DNA of 64,000 bases, taken from Aureliella sp. GTDB taxonomy: Bacteria > Planctomycetota > Planctomycetia > Pirellulales > Pirellulaceae. The stretch covers positions 4,544,001-4,608,000 of the forward strand of contig OY829846.1 of the NCBI GenBank assembly GCA_963691875.1. Reading direction: 5' to 3'. The position numbers and the translations under genes are program-made. The notes beneath the pieces were generated by a model that saw nothing but the letters and a program-made list of their open reading frames with translations, searched no databases and had not been told where the DNA came from. Shown in pieces: positions 10,832-20,707 of this stretch (the first letter of the stretch is position 1; each line of letters opens with the position of its first letter).

Positions 10832-12168
10832 GCGAGGATTTCCTTAAGAGGGCCGACTCCCGAGTCAAATTTCTTGGCCAGCTGCTCGCTCATGTTGAAG
10901 CGATCGCAGTTCACTCCTGCGGCTCGAAGCAGCGTAGCATAAAGCGAGTTGATCGGACGCTTGCCGTCGAGCTGCGTGAAGCAACCTGTCTTGAACGCAC
11001 CGCTCAGATTGCCGAGCAACATCACAGGCCAGTTGGCACCATTGGTATGTTGCTTGTCGGCATTGTTACTTGTGTACACGATCAGAGTGCTATCCATCAT
11101 CGTGCCACTGCCATCGGGGACGCTATCGAGAGCTTCCATGATTCGAACCAGCATGCGGCTATTGTACTGACGAATCTTGATCCAAATCGGATTACCAGGT
11201 TGATTCATGTGCCCCAGGTTGTGGCCTTGCTCTTCGACGCCAATACCTTTCCATGCACCGAAGATTTCGCCTCGGCCGGATCCGATCGTCAAGGTGTTGG
11301 TGATGCCGGAGGTGATGGCTGAGATCCCAAGATCAAGAATCCGATCGTGCCAATCGGTTTCGAATTCAGGGTTCTTGTAAAGATCGTCAACCTCTGGTGC
11401 AAAGTTGCGCAAATGAGCCGACACTGTATCAAGACGGTCACGCAAGCCGTTCACGTCTTTGAAGCCTTGCACATACTGGCCGTAACGCTGTGAGTCCTGC
11501 TGGGGCAATGAACGTCCTTTGGCGGCGGCCAAGCTCTCGATCCTATTCATGACATTCGATCGAGCCACATGTTGCTTGCGAATGTCGCCGGAGGAAATAC
11601 CACCGTACAACATTTGATATAGGTGATTTGGATTCGAGTGCATGAAGATCGGTTGACCAGCACCACTAGCAGAGAGCGTAGCGATCGTCGGCTTGGTCGT
11701 CATGTTTTCGATCGAGTCCATGCCCACGCAAAGGTGAGGCAACATTGTTTGCGGCAAAGCCTTGCTGAGCTCGTAGTCGATCGTGGACGCGCTAGGAGGC
11801 ACGCCGTCGCTGCCTCTGTAGCCGCCGAGTGCACCGAAGAAGGCGCTATGCGACGGGCTGGTGTGGATGCCGTGCAAGCCGTTGATGATGTGCAACCGTT
11901 CTTTGTAGGGTTCAAGTGCACTGATTGGCTCTGGTAGCTTTGCCTTTGCTAGTGAGCTGTTGTTTTTCATTCCATCGGGAATACAAGTCTTCGGGTCGAA
12001 GCCTTGGTTCTGCATAAAGAAGATAATTCGCTTCAGACCACCGCTGACTCCTTCGCTTGCAACGGTTTCACCGCCAGCAGCCAGGAGTTGGTCGGCACCG
12101 CCGGAGAGACCCATCGCGGCGCCAGCACCAGCGGCGACACCTTGAAGCATTCTTCTTCGATTGAGCAT
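10828..12168 (-). CDS. DUF1552 protein, Tat-exported
   Basis: NRRRMLQG leader, [35 protein letters not shown]; 4-bp overlap with the next gene. Confidence 0.85.
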   Translation of the reverse strand: MLNRRRMLQGVAAGAGAAMGLSGGADQLLAAGGETVASEGVSGGLKRIIFFMQNQGFDPKTCIPDGMKNNSSLAKAKLPEPISALEPYKERLHIINGLHGIHTSPSHSAFFGALGGYRGSDGVPPSASTIDYELSKALPQTMLPHLCVGMDSIENMTTKPTIATLSASGAGQPIFMHSNPNHLYQMLYGGISSGDIRKQHVARSNVMNRIESLAAAKGRSLPQQDSQRYGQYVQGFKDVNGLRDRLDTVSAHLRNFAPEVDDLYKNPEFETDWHDRILDLGISAITSGITNTLTIGSGRGEIFGAWKGIGVEEQGHNLGHMNQPGNPIWIKIRQYNSRMLVRIMEALDSVPDGSGTMMDSTLIVYTSNNADKQHTNGANWPVMLLGNLSGAFKTGCFTQLDGKRPINSLYATLLRAAGVNCDRFNMSEQLAKKFDSGVGPLKEILA

Positions 12169-12595
12169 CTCGTTCTTTCCGTAGGAAGGATGTGGGTAGG
12201 GAGGTGGAACTATCGTCGACTTTTCGGTCCCTAAGCCCTTAAGGGAAAGGCCAAGCCTCCGCCGTAAAGCGAAAGGAGCATAGCAAAGGAATCAGACCGA
12301 AGGAGTTCAACCTAAATTTTGCAATAGTCAAAATCTGCGGAAGCAAGAGGTTTGCTGGGAGGACAATCCCATTTTAGCCCACTGAGGGGCTGTCACAACT
12401 GTAATCACCGTAAGGCTTTACGACTTGTAGAGTTTTTTCAGCCCGTGCTTCAGTTGGTTTGAAAGATGGGTCAGCTTGAATTGCAGGCAGATTGCACGGA
12501 GATAAGGGCAGATTTATCGCTGATTTTCGAGTCGAGATGACTTTGCCCCGCAAGGCTTCTGCATAAGTTCGTCAATAAGTACTAAAGAACAAACG

Positions 12596-14323
12596 CTACT
12601 GTGAGGCTGTGGCCAAATCCGGTTGTTCCCTCGAGCGTGTTTTCTTTCCGTTCAGCAAGGTTCCGATCAGCGTATAACGCACGCAATATTCGTAGGAAAG
12701 CAAGAGTAGTGCGCTCGTGATCGCAAGAACAAGCGCGAACTTGACGAAGCTCGGGAGTGGCGCTGGAGCGAGGCAACCTTGAATGATCATGACCAGCGGC
12801 AAGTGAGCTACGTACAGCCAGTAAGACGAATCTGATAGATATCGCAGCCAAGCATTCTCCGATGCAAAGACTCTTCTCGCCAAACCCATCATCCCGAAAC
12901 TCATCATCCATACGTACAGAATCTGAAACGCCAATGCAGCTGGCCTCTGCTGCCATTCGGGAATCAAACTTTGTATGGAGATGGATCCGTGAATCGCTAC
13001 ACCCAAAGCAAGCTCGTATCCAATTGGAAAGATCACGAGTAGTGCAACTGGAATCATGATCCACCAGTACTTGCCGACTCGTCCGTCTCCGTCATCCGCG
13101 TCGTAGTACCAAACGCCAAAAAAGAAGAACACAGCATAGTACGCAAGTAAGTGCGGCAAGGGCAGAATGCCAGTCGAGGTGTCAGGGCCAAAGCTTGGGT
13201 AGATTAGTCCCATCCAGTATTGAAATGGCAGCGTGAGCAAAAAGAGCCAGATGTATCGAACTGGCGAAAGGACCATCCATGCAGGCAGCGACTTCCATCC
13301 GAGTTTAGACATAGCGCCCGCGTAGATCGCAAATCCAATCACAAGCCAACACAGAAAATACAGAAACCACAGGTGATGAAAAACTGGAGACAGCGAAAGC
13401 ACCAGTAGGATTCCAAAAAGCAGATCCCAGTTCACGGAAGCGTCCACATCTTGTCGCGACCCGCTGGTCACATCCGCATTCTCCAGCAGCGAGCGGATTC
13501 GTTCACGTCCAGCGAGGATCTCTTCGTTTGTCTTCCTGACCTGAAGTGTGTCGGCGATGCCTCGTGTGAGCGTCATGTCTGCACTGAGATTGTCCGCGGG
13601 TGTGGCTCCGAACAGGTTTCGGGTACTTAAGTCCGTGCCTTGCTCGATGAGCACTTTGGTGACGTTGTCCTGCCCGAAGAGAAACGCTAGGTGTGCTGCG
13701 GTACTTTGGTCGTTAGTCCTGGCATCAAGTTCCGCACCTTTGTCGAGCAGCACTTCAGCGACTTTCTCGGCATCGTGACAGGCTGCTACTACGAGTGGGG
13801 TGAAGCCTGAGCTCGGATCTCTTCGGTTGAGGTCGATACTTGGATTGGCTCGCAGTACTTGCTCGACGGATTGGACATCGTTGGTGGCGGCTGGGATCCA
13901 CAGCTGGGCGTTCGGATCTAGCTCCGGTTTAGCACTTGTCTGCGAAATCGAAGCAGAAATGATCGCGGCAATCCACACTGCGGGGACGATGGTAAAAGTG
14001 CCGATAACAAGCGGTAGCAGGATTCGCTTGGCACGATGTTGAGCTAACGCTCCAAGTCCCCGACTCCGCCACAGCATCGCGGTAAAGAAGCCACTGAGCA
14101 AAAAGAAAAGCGGCATGCGGAATCCGTGAATGGCTGACAGGAAGACACTGTAGCCTTCGTGTGCAGTAGCGTCCGTGACGGGCCAAGCCTCTCCGAGTCC
14201 TGGCATGTAAGCCATCGCTCCGTGCAACGCGATTCCGAGTAGCATGGCAAGGGCTCGCAGGGCGTCCAAGTCATGGCGTCTAGTAGATTTGCATGGTGGT
14301 GTTTCGGCGGGAGCGATACTCAA
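12596..14323 (-). CDS. Acyltransferase-3 (OpgC/MdoC-like) membrane protein with internal ankyrin repeats
   Basis: RRHDLDALRALAMLLG..HGFRMPLFFLLSGFF, HLWFLYFL, YLSDSSYWLYVAHLP; ankyrin motifs GFTPLVVAAC..LLDKGAELDAR. Confidence 0.85.
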   Translation of the reverse strand: MSIAPAETPPCKSTRRHDLDALRALAMLLGIALHGAMAYMPGLGEAWPVTDATAHEGYSVFLSAIHGFRMPLFFLLSGFFTAMLWRSRGLGALAQHRAKRILLPLVIGTFTIVPAVWIAAIISASISQTSAKPELDPNAQLWIPAATNDVQSVEQVLRANPSIDLNRRDPSSGFTPLVVAACHDAEKVAEVLLDKGAELDARTNDQSTAAHLAFLFGQDNVTKVLIEQGTDLSTRNLFGATPADNLSADMTLTRGIADTLQVRKTNEEILAGRERIRSLLENADVTSGSRQDVDASVNWDLLFGILLVLSLSPVFHHLWFLYFLCWLVIGFAIYAGAMSKLGWKSLPAWMVLSPVRYIWLFLLTLPFQYWMGLIYPSFGPDTSTGILPLPHLLAYYAVFFFFGVWYYDADDGDGRVGKYWWIMIPVALLVIFPIGYELALGVAIHGSISIQSLIPEWQQRPAALAFQILYVWMMSFGMMGLARRVFASENAWLRYLSDSSYWLYVAHLPLVMIIQGCLAPAPLPSFVKFALVLAITSALLLLSYEYCVRYTLIGTLLNGKKTRSREQPDLATASQ

Positions 14324-14448
14324 TGGGTTGCCTTAGCGTGTGGGCTGTTACTTCAAATTGGTCGAGAATACCGACTTCTCAGCATTCGCTCTGGTTTCAA
14401 ATCAATATGGCACTATAACGGACGAAGCTACCCAAGCCATGCTACTTT

Positions 14449-14486
14449 GGACTCTGACTCGCGAGAAGGACTCTGACTCGCGAGAA
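14449..14486. repeat. Perfect 19-bp tandem duplication GGACTCTGACTCGCGAGAA x2
   Basis: Read directly; each unit contains the palindrome CTCGCGAG; lies in a divergent intergenic region. Confidence 0.9.
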
Positions 14487-14531
14487 GTATTGGATGTGTA
14501 GCAATCGCTTCACACTCCCCCCCCCCGCACA

Positions 14532-15881
14532 ATGAACAAGGCAATGAACAAACCATTTCCGATTTTGCTATTAGTTATGTCCTTGCACTTCTGCTTGGCT
14601 AAAGCCGATGACTTTGCGGGCAACTGGCATCAATGGCGTGGCCCCGATGCAACTGGTGTTTCTCATGAAGCGAATCCTCCAATCGGGTGGAGTGAAGAGA
14701 GGAATGTAAGGTGGAAGGTTGAAGTTGAAGGTCGTGGTACTTCGACGCCGATCGTCTGGGGGCAGAAAGTTTTCTTGCTAACGGCGATTGATACTGGGGT
14801 CAAAGATCCTACGATTCTCGATCCACAAGACCAGCCGAAAACGAATTTCTTCGACATCAAACGACCGAATACTCAGCACGCTTTCGTGGTGCTTTGCCTT
14901 GATCGCGCTACGGGTAAGGAGCTTTGGCGAACGAAGGTTGCGGAGAAGATCCCCCATGAAGGTGCTCACCGCGACAACGACTTTTCTCCTGCCTCGCCGA
15001 CTACCGATGGCAAGTACTTGTTCGCGTGGTTCGGTTCCGCTGGCATGTATTGCCTAGATCTAGGCGGGAGCGAGATCTGGTCGCGCGACCTAGGCGAGGT
15101 CCGTATGGGCTCGAGCCTAGGAGAAGGTTGCTCGCCAGTTCTGCATGACGGCAAGTTGGTACTCGTTCGTGATCACGCGGGAAAGAGCTCGATCGAAGTG
15201 CTTGATGCTAGCTCGGGGGAAACGTTGTGGAAGAAATACCGCGATGAGGAAAACGCTTGGGCGACGCCACGAGTAATCGAGCATCGTGGCAAGACGCAGG
15301 TCATTTCAGCAGCCTCTGGAGCCGTTCGGAGCTACGATCTAAACACAGGAGATGTCATTTGGCAATGCAGCGGTCTTACAGGAAACGTCATTCCTTGCCC
15401 AGTTATCGAGGGTGATCATGTAATTTGCATGAGTGGCTACCAAGGCTTCGCTGCCATGTCACTGCCACTTGATGCTGAGGGTGATATTTCCGGCAGCGAC
15501 CAAATCAAATGGAAGATCGATCGTGGCACTCCATACATCCCCTCACCATTGCTTTGCGACGGTCGTTTGTACTGCATTCAGTCGAATACATCGATCTTGA
15601 CTTGCTTCGATTCGCAATCAGGGAATGCGAATTTTGATCGAACCCGCCTTCCTGGAATCAACAACGTTTATGCTTCTCCTGTTGGAGCTGCTGGTCGGGT
15701 TTACGTTGTGGGCCGAAATGGCAATACAGCCGTCCTTGAGCAATCAAGCGAATTCAACGTCCTTGCCACTAACAGGCTTGATGATCGTTTCGACGCCTCG
15801 CCAGCACTTGCCGGAAATCAGTTGTTCCTACGGGGCGCGAAGTTTCTTTATTGCATTGAAGAAGAGCCCGACTCAAGGTAG
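14532..15881 (+). CDS. PQQ-like beta-propeller secreted protein
   Basis: Signal peptide, NWHQWRGP, STPIVWG, repeated G..LW blades, YASPV, ASPALAGNQLFLRG. Confidence 0.9.
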   Translation: MNKAMNKPFPILLLVMSLHFCLAKADDFAGNWHQWRGPDATGVSHEANPPIGWSEERNVRWKVEVEGRGTSTPIVWGQKVFLLTAIDTGVKDPTILDPQDQPKTNFFDIKRPNTQHAFVVLCLDRATGKELWRTKVAEKIPHEGAHRDNDFSPASPTTDGKYLFAWFGSAGMYCLDLGGSEIWSRDLGEVRMGSSLGEGCSPVLHDGKLVLVRDHAGKSSIEVLDASSGETLWKKYRDEENAWATPRVIEHRGKTQVISAASGAVRSYDLNTGDVIWQCSGLTGNVIPCPVIEGDHVICMSGYQGFAAMSLPLDAEGDISGSDQIKWKIDRGTPYIPSPLLCDGRLYCIQSNTSILTCFDSQSGNANFDRTRLPGINNVYASPVGAAGRVYVVGRNGNTAVLEQSSEFNVLATNRLDDRFDASPALAGNQLFLRGAKFLYCIEEEPDSR

Positions 15882-16232
15882 TCGGATCGCTCTTCGTAGG
15901 CCGTAACGAGCGCAGCAATGCTTCGGAGTGCAGTGTCGTTTTCGTAGCACCAATGATCACTAAGTATCGCAATTAACCGGTAGACCAACGCTACAATCGG
16001 CGATCCGGGCGGTGCGAATGCAAATTGAGGTTGCTAGCCATTCAAAGTGATTGTTTTGGGCGATACACTTCCCGTCTTGCTTACTTTCACCCTTATACTC
16101 GTGCCAGCGTCATCTTCGAACTGTAGCTGAAAGACTCCCGGCTAGACTTCGAGCTTGAGCTTTCTTTTTGTTTTCCAATCCAACATGCGTCCGCCGTCGT
16201 ATCCATCGCATGTTCGAAGGAATCACACTGAG

Positions 16233-17085
16233 CTAGCTTCTTGGAAGCTTTATGACATAGGCTTGCACCGCAATGTAGCGTGACGCACTGGCTTCGAGTG
16301 TTCGGCAAAGCTTGTTTTTCTCTCGCAATTTAGCGAGCTCCAGCGGACGCGTCTTTCTGTCTTTGTCGACAGCGTTCGGATCAGCTCCAGCTGCGAGCAG
16401 GATCTTTGCGATCTCCGTCGCCTTGACTTCACTAAGATGCTCTGCGCGAATGAAGGCAAAGTGGAAGAGTGCGGTTTCGCCTTCTTCGTCACAAGCGTGC
16501 ACAACGGCGCCGCGTTCCACGAGAAGCTGAACCACGTCCGCATGGCCTTCATTAGTGGCATTAATAAGTGGTGTAGCATTCTCTTTTCGTGCCTCGATGT
16601 CTTCGCTTGCATCTAGGCACTTCGCAACAGCTTCCAGATCGCCCCTCTTGATCGCGTTAAAGATACGACGACGAACCGCCCTTTTTCGCGACTGCTTCAG
16701 ATATCTGTTCCGCTTCAACTGCCTTCGTAACTTCAGAAAGCAAATCAAATACCATGCCGCGCTCGTTCTCGAAGGCATCGAATTCGCCTTCGCCGGTCCC
16801 GTCTGTCCATTGACCAATTCTCTCGAACGTCAGTGCGTTGAGCTCTCTCTTGCTCAGTTCACGGGCACTCTGGAAGTTGGTCACAACTTCCATCTCACTC
16901 GCATCGAAACGAAATTGGATGTGTCCGTTTTGCAGATCCAGGTCAGAAAGCCTGTCTGTCAGATAGTTGACGCAAGAATCCTCAGAAACCAGACGATTCA
17001 GCTTTCGAAGTTTGACTGGGCTGGAGAGTGGTTCTTGATTCCTTTCGCTCAAGACAACAAGCGGACCACGGATCGAGATTTGCAT
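16233..17085 (-). pseudogene. Frameshifted ankyrin-repeat protein (N-terminal domain 17085-16657; ankyrins from about 16690 to 16233)
   Basis: MQISIRG...GQWTDGTGEGEF stops at 16657; ankyrin repeats (IFNAIKRGDL, TPLINAT, GETALF, AGADPNA) continue in the +1 frame across GCGAAAAAGGGC. Confidence 0.6.
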
Positions 17086-17253
17086 CCATCTATGCTCTAC
17101 TAATTGGGATGAGACCGGAAGTCGAGGAGCGTATCGTAACATCCGTGACAGACTGTTAGATCGATTTCTTGCGGTTGAGACAAAGATTGTCGGGATAAGT
17201 CGAGGGCACATGGGCAAGAAGCATAAGCGACTTGCGCGATTGGGAAGTAAGGC

Positions 17254-18591
17254 ATGAAAACAACCATCTTTTTCGCTTTGATAATCTGTTTTTCGCCAAC
17301 GCTCTTTGCGCAGGTTTCCATCGATCTGCGAAAGGCAGTTGAGGCGGACTACGAAGAACATCTTTGGCCGTTGTTCGATCACTGGCATCGCAATCCCGAG
17401 TTATCGTTGGTCGAAGACGAAACGGCAGCGCGGCTAGCCCAAGAACTGCGTGATGCTGGTTGTAAAGTTCGTGAGGGAGTTGGTGGTACTGGAATTGTCG
17501 CGTTAATGGAAAACGGCAATGGCCCAATGGTCATGATGCGAGCTGACATGGATGGTTTGCCTGTGGAAGAGAAGTCTGGTCTAGCCAATGCATCCAAAGC
17601 TAAGCAGAAGAGTCCGATTACTGGGCAGATGGTATCCGTGATGCATGCCTGTGGACATGACGTTCACATCACTTCGCTTGTTGGTACAGCGAGACGCATG
17701 GCGGCGATGAAAGATCAGTGGTCTGGAACACTGATGTTAATCGGGCAACCCGCTGAAGAACGTGTCATTGGGGCGAAGCAAATGATGGAGGACAACCTCT
17801 GGGCGCGATTCGGCAAGCCAGATTACGCTCTCGCTTTTCACGTTTGGTGTGGTGGCGAAGCTGGAAAACTCGCTGTCAGTACCGGCAGCCCATACGCGGG
17901 TTCTGACGCTGTCGATATCATTGTTCACGGAGTCGGAGCACACGGTGCTTCACCGCATCGAGGCAAAGATCCGATTGTGCTGGGTTCGCAAATTGTACTC
18001 GCCCTGCAAACTCTTGTTTCTCGCGAGTTGCCTCCACGCGACCCCGGGGTCATCACAGTCGGTTCGTTCCATTCAGGAACTAAACACAATATCATTTCCG
18101 ATCGGGCTGTTCTGCAGCTGACGGTTCGAAATACCAGCTTGGAAACTCGCAAGCTACTCTTGGATGGAATCAAGCGTGTGGCTGAGAACTTAGGGCGAGC
18201 GGCAGGATTGCCCGAGGATAAATTGCCAGAAGTTATCTATTCCGAGTCCACGCCACCAACGATCAACGATAGCAAGCTTGCGACGCGTCTAAGATCGACA
18301 TGGGAGACAAAGATGGGCGAGGAAATCATGATGGATGATGACTTTGTCGCTGAGCATCGCAAGGGAATGGGAGCGGAGGATTTCCCTTTCTTCACGACCG
18401 AACCACGTATTCCCAGCGTGTATTTCTCGGTTGGCGGAACGCCCAAAGAAGACATAGACGCGGAGGCCGCTGGGGGCCCAAAAGTTCCCTCGCACCACTC
18501 GCCGTTCTTCAAGATCTTGCCTGGACCCAGTATCAAATCTGGCGTCACAGCCACCGTGCTCGCATTGCTCGATCTGATGGCTAAAAAGTAA
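17254..18591 (+). CDS. M20 family amidohydrolase with signal peptide
   Basis: HRNPELS, RADMDGLP, MHACGHDVH, QPAEE, GAEDF, HHSP. Confidence 0.92.
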   Translation: MKTTIFFALIICFSPTLFAQVSIDLRKAVEADYEEHLWPLFDHWHRNPELSLVEDETAARLAQELRDAGCKVREGVGGTGIVALMENGNGPMVMMRADMDGLPVEEKSGLANASKAKQKSPITGQMVSVMHACGHDVHITSLVGTARRMAAMKDQWSGTLMLIGQPAEERVIGAKQMMEDNLWARFGKPDYALAFHVWCGGEAGKLAVSTGSPYAGSDAVDIIVHGVGAHGASPHRGKDPIVLGSQIVLALQTLVSRELPPRDPGVITVGSFHSGTKHNIISDRAVLQLTVRNTSLETRKLLLDGIKRVAENLGRAAGLPEDKLPEVIYSESTPPTINDSKLATRLRSTWETKMGEEIMMDDDFVAEHRKGMGAEDFPFFTTEPRIPSVYFSVGGTPKEDIDAEAAGGPKVPSHHSPFFKILPGPSIKSGVTATVLALLDLMAKK

Positions 18592-19869
18592 GTCTTCCGT
18601 AGTGGACGAAGCACCAGCCCCGCGTAAGAAATGCTGTTTGTGATGAAACTAGTTGGGCTTCTAACCTAGAAGCCGAATAAGTCACCAAGGGAGGCTGGCT
18701 GAAGCCAGAAACTGATAACCCGAGCAACGAACTAATCACCCCAGCAACTACTGCTAGCAGCGCTAAAATTGCGATTAAGCCGAAAGTGAACCCGACTAGG
18801 TTGGTAGCGAGTCTAGCCTCACGATCCTTGGTAGCAGCCACAGCGCAGAAACTGCTGCAGCAAAAGGAAGGGTGTCACTCGTTTGAGGGGTAGGCAGCCG
18901 CCCGGTGTTTTTTTATTGACCCTGCGGATATCGAAGCAACGACCGAAAGCAGCGCGATCGCCAGGTCGAGGCGAATAGTCGGGAGTGGGTGTATCGAACC
19001 GTTCTTCCTTTACAGGGGTGCTCAAATGGATTTTCAATCATCAAGTTCTATCTGGGTTTTTCTTTGACGATACCTGCTGCAGTCTACCGTCTCATGAAAC
19101 GATGTGTATTTGGCAAGTTATGAAGTTGCGGTCTGCGTTCGCTTTGTCGAAAGCATTGCCCGGCAGTTCCGAATCAGTGAACGTAAGTATCGCTCTTCGA
19201 TTGAATTGAGCATTGGAGCCTTAAGCGGGCCTTGGAAATATAGATGTTCGTTGAATGTAAGTTAATAGTTTCTGCGGTGTTTGCTATCGGCTTAGCTTGC
19301 ACAATGTTGAAAGCCGGGAGAGGAGAAAGGCTCGGAATCGACTAAAGGCCTGACTCCAGCGAAAGAGTCTCTTTTTGCAGAGCGGCGAGTTCAAGCAGCG
19401 ATTGTTTGGGCCAGCGGGACTTTCGCATGAGAAATAAAGCGTGCTGCGAATTTGGCCGATGAAGGGCGGCCGATGCAGTTTATGAGATTGCATAGAGGAT
19501 GGTCACGCAGCGTACCGATATTTCGTGTTTGATTGAGCGGGTTCGTCGTTTTGGAGTTCGTGCAGCGTGAGCGTTGAGAGCAAGATGGGCGTGTAGTTTT
19601 GATGGGCGACACGGTTGACATCAATGCAAACGGTCCTGGGCCATGAGCCTGGATGGAATGAGCGATTCAAAAGTGTCTGTGAGTTCGATGGGAGAAAGCC
19701 ACAGATCGGAAATGGATCAAACACGTATAGGTTCAAACACTGGTTGGTATCGAGAAGCTATCCTTGAGGGAGTGAGGATGGCTATGGAAGAGTGTTCGCC
19801 TTCTGTTGGCTAGTAAAACTCAGGGAACTCGCCATACTTGCCACTTTCTAACCAAAAGGGATTTGGGGC

Positions 19870-20649
19870 GTGGTGTTTAAGACTTCCAGCAAGTACGACG
19901 TGGTGATTTGTGATATCGACGGGTGTATGTCGCCAGAATCCCATGCACTGCTTAACGTCGCTGGGATAACGGAGGTCGCGGAGCACAATCAGCAAGCGGT
20001 CGCGCAGAAGGACCGTCCAATTGTGACACTGTGCAGTGGGCGACCGATCGGATTCGTCGAATGCATGTGTAGGCTCATACAAAACTCCTTGGTTCCGTGC
20101 ATCGGCGAAAATGGAGTGTGGTTGTGGAACCCCTCGGACAACGTCTTTGAGTGCGATTCGGCAATCACGGACGAGCATTTCGAGATGGTCTCTGAGGCTC
20201 GCAAAATGATTAGAGATCGCTATGGTGCGCAGGGTGTTGTTCAGCAGCCCGGCAAGTCAGCGTCCGTTGCGCTCTATCATCCCGACACAGAGTATCTGCG
20301 ATCGATCTTGCCAGAGCTGGGCGAAGAATTTCAACGGCGCGGCTGGCCGATTCGAGTCTCAATGACTTGGTTCTACATCAACTGCGACTTGGAACACATT
20401 TCCAAAGGAACAGCTATCGATCGATTGCTTGCCCAAACCGGTATCGCCCAAGGACGAATCGCAGGGATTGGTGATACGATGGGCGATCGCTACATTGCAG
20501 ATCGAGTCGCCTGGTTCGGCTGCCCCGCGAACGCGAAGGATGAAATCAAGCAGCGCGCCAACTACGTTTCTGGGCGAGATGAAGTGGAAGGCGTTATGGA
20601 TATCTTGGCTCGGTTGACAAATGAACAGGCCGAAGAGTTGGAGCCATAA
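19870..20649 (+). CDS. HAD-superfamily (class IIB-like) phosphatase
   Basis: DIDGC motif I, CSGR, ENG, SKGTA, GIGDTMGD, CPANA. Confidence 0.85.
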   Translation: MVFKTSSKYDVVICDIDGCMSPESHALLNVAGITEVAEHNQQAVAQKDRPIVTLCSGRPIGFVECMCRLIQNSLVPCIGENGVWLWNPSDNVFECDSAITDEHFEMVSEARKMIRDRYGAQGVVQQPGKSASVALYHPDTEYLRSILPELGEEFQRRGWPIRVSMTWFYINCDLEHISKGTAIDRLLAQTGIAQGRIAGIGDTMGDRYIADRVAWFGCPANAKDEIKQRANYVSGRDEVEGVMDILARLTNEQAEELEP

Positions 20650-20654
20650 CGAAC

Positions 20655-20682
20655 CAAGCCCAAGCGGATTTGCTTGGGCTTG
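20655..20682. terminator. Hairpin between convergent genes
   Basis: CAAGCCCAAGC-ggattt-GCTTGGGCTTG, 11-bp stem. Confidence 0.6.
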
Positions 20683-20707
20683 AATGGTTATTTACCGGAT
20701 TATCAGG

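Noticed and set aside
17086..17388. N-terminal extension of ORF 16657..17388
   Set aside because: Overlaps the M20 gene on the opposite strand; ATG 17085 is the more plausible start.
18581..18841. 86-aa hydrophobic ORF
   Set aside because: One TM-like stretch only, overlaps the M20 stop and a REP-like element, and has no recognisable family.
18975..19000. tRNA-like 3' fragment on the minus strand (GGTTCGATACACCCACTCCCGACT)
   Set aside because: No T-stem pairing, D-arm or anticodon arm, and no integrase nearby; too weak to call a tRNA or att site.
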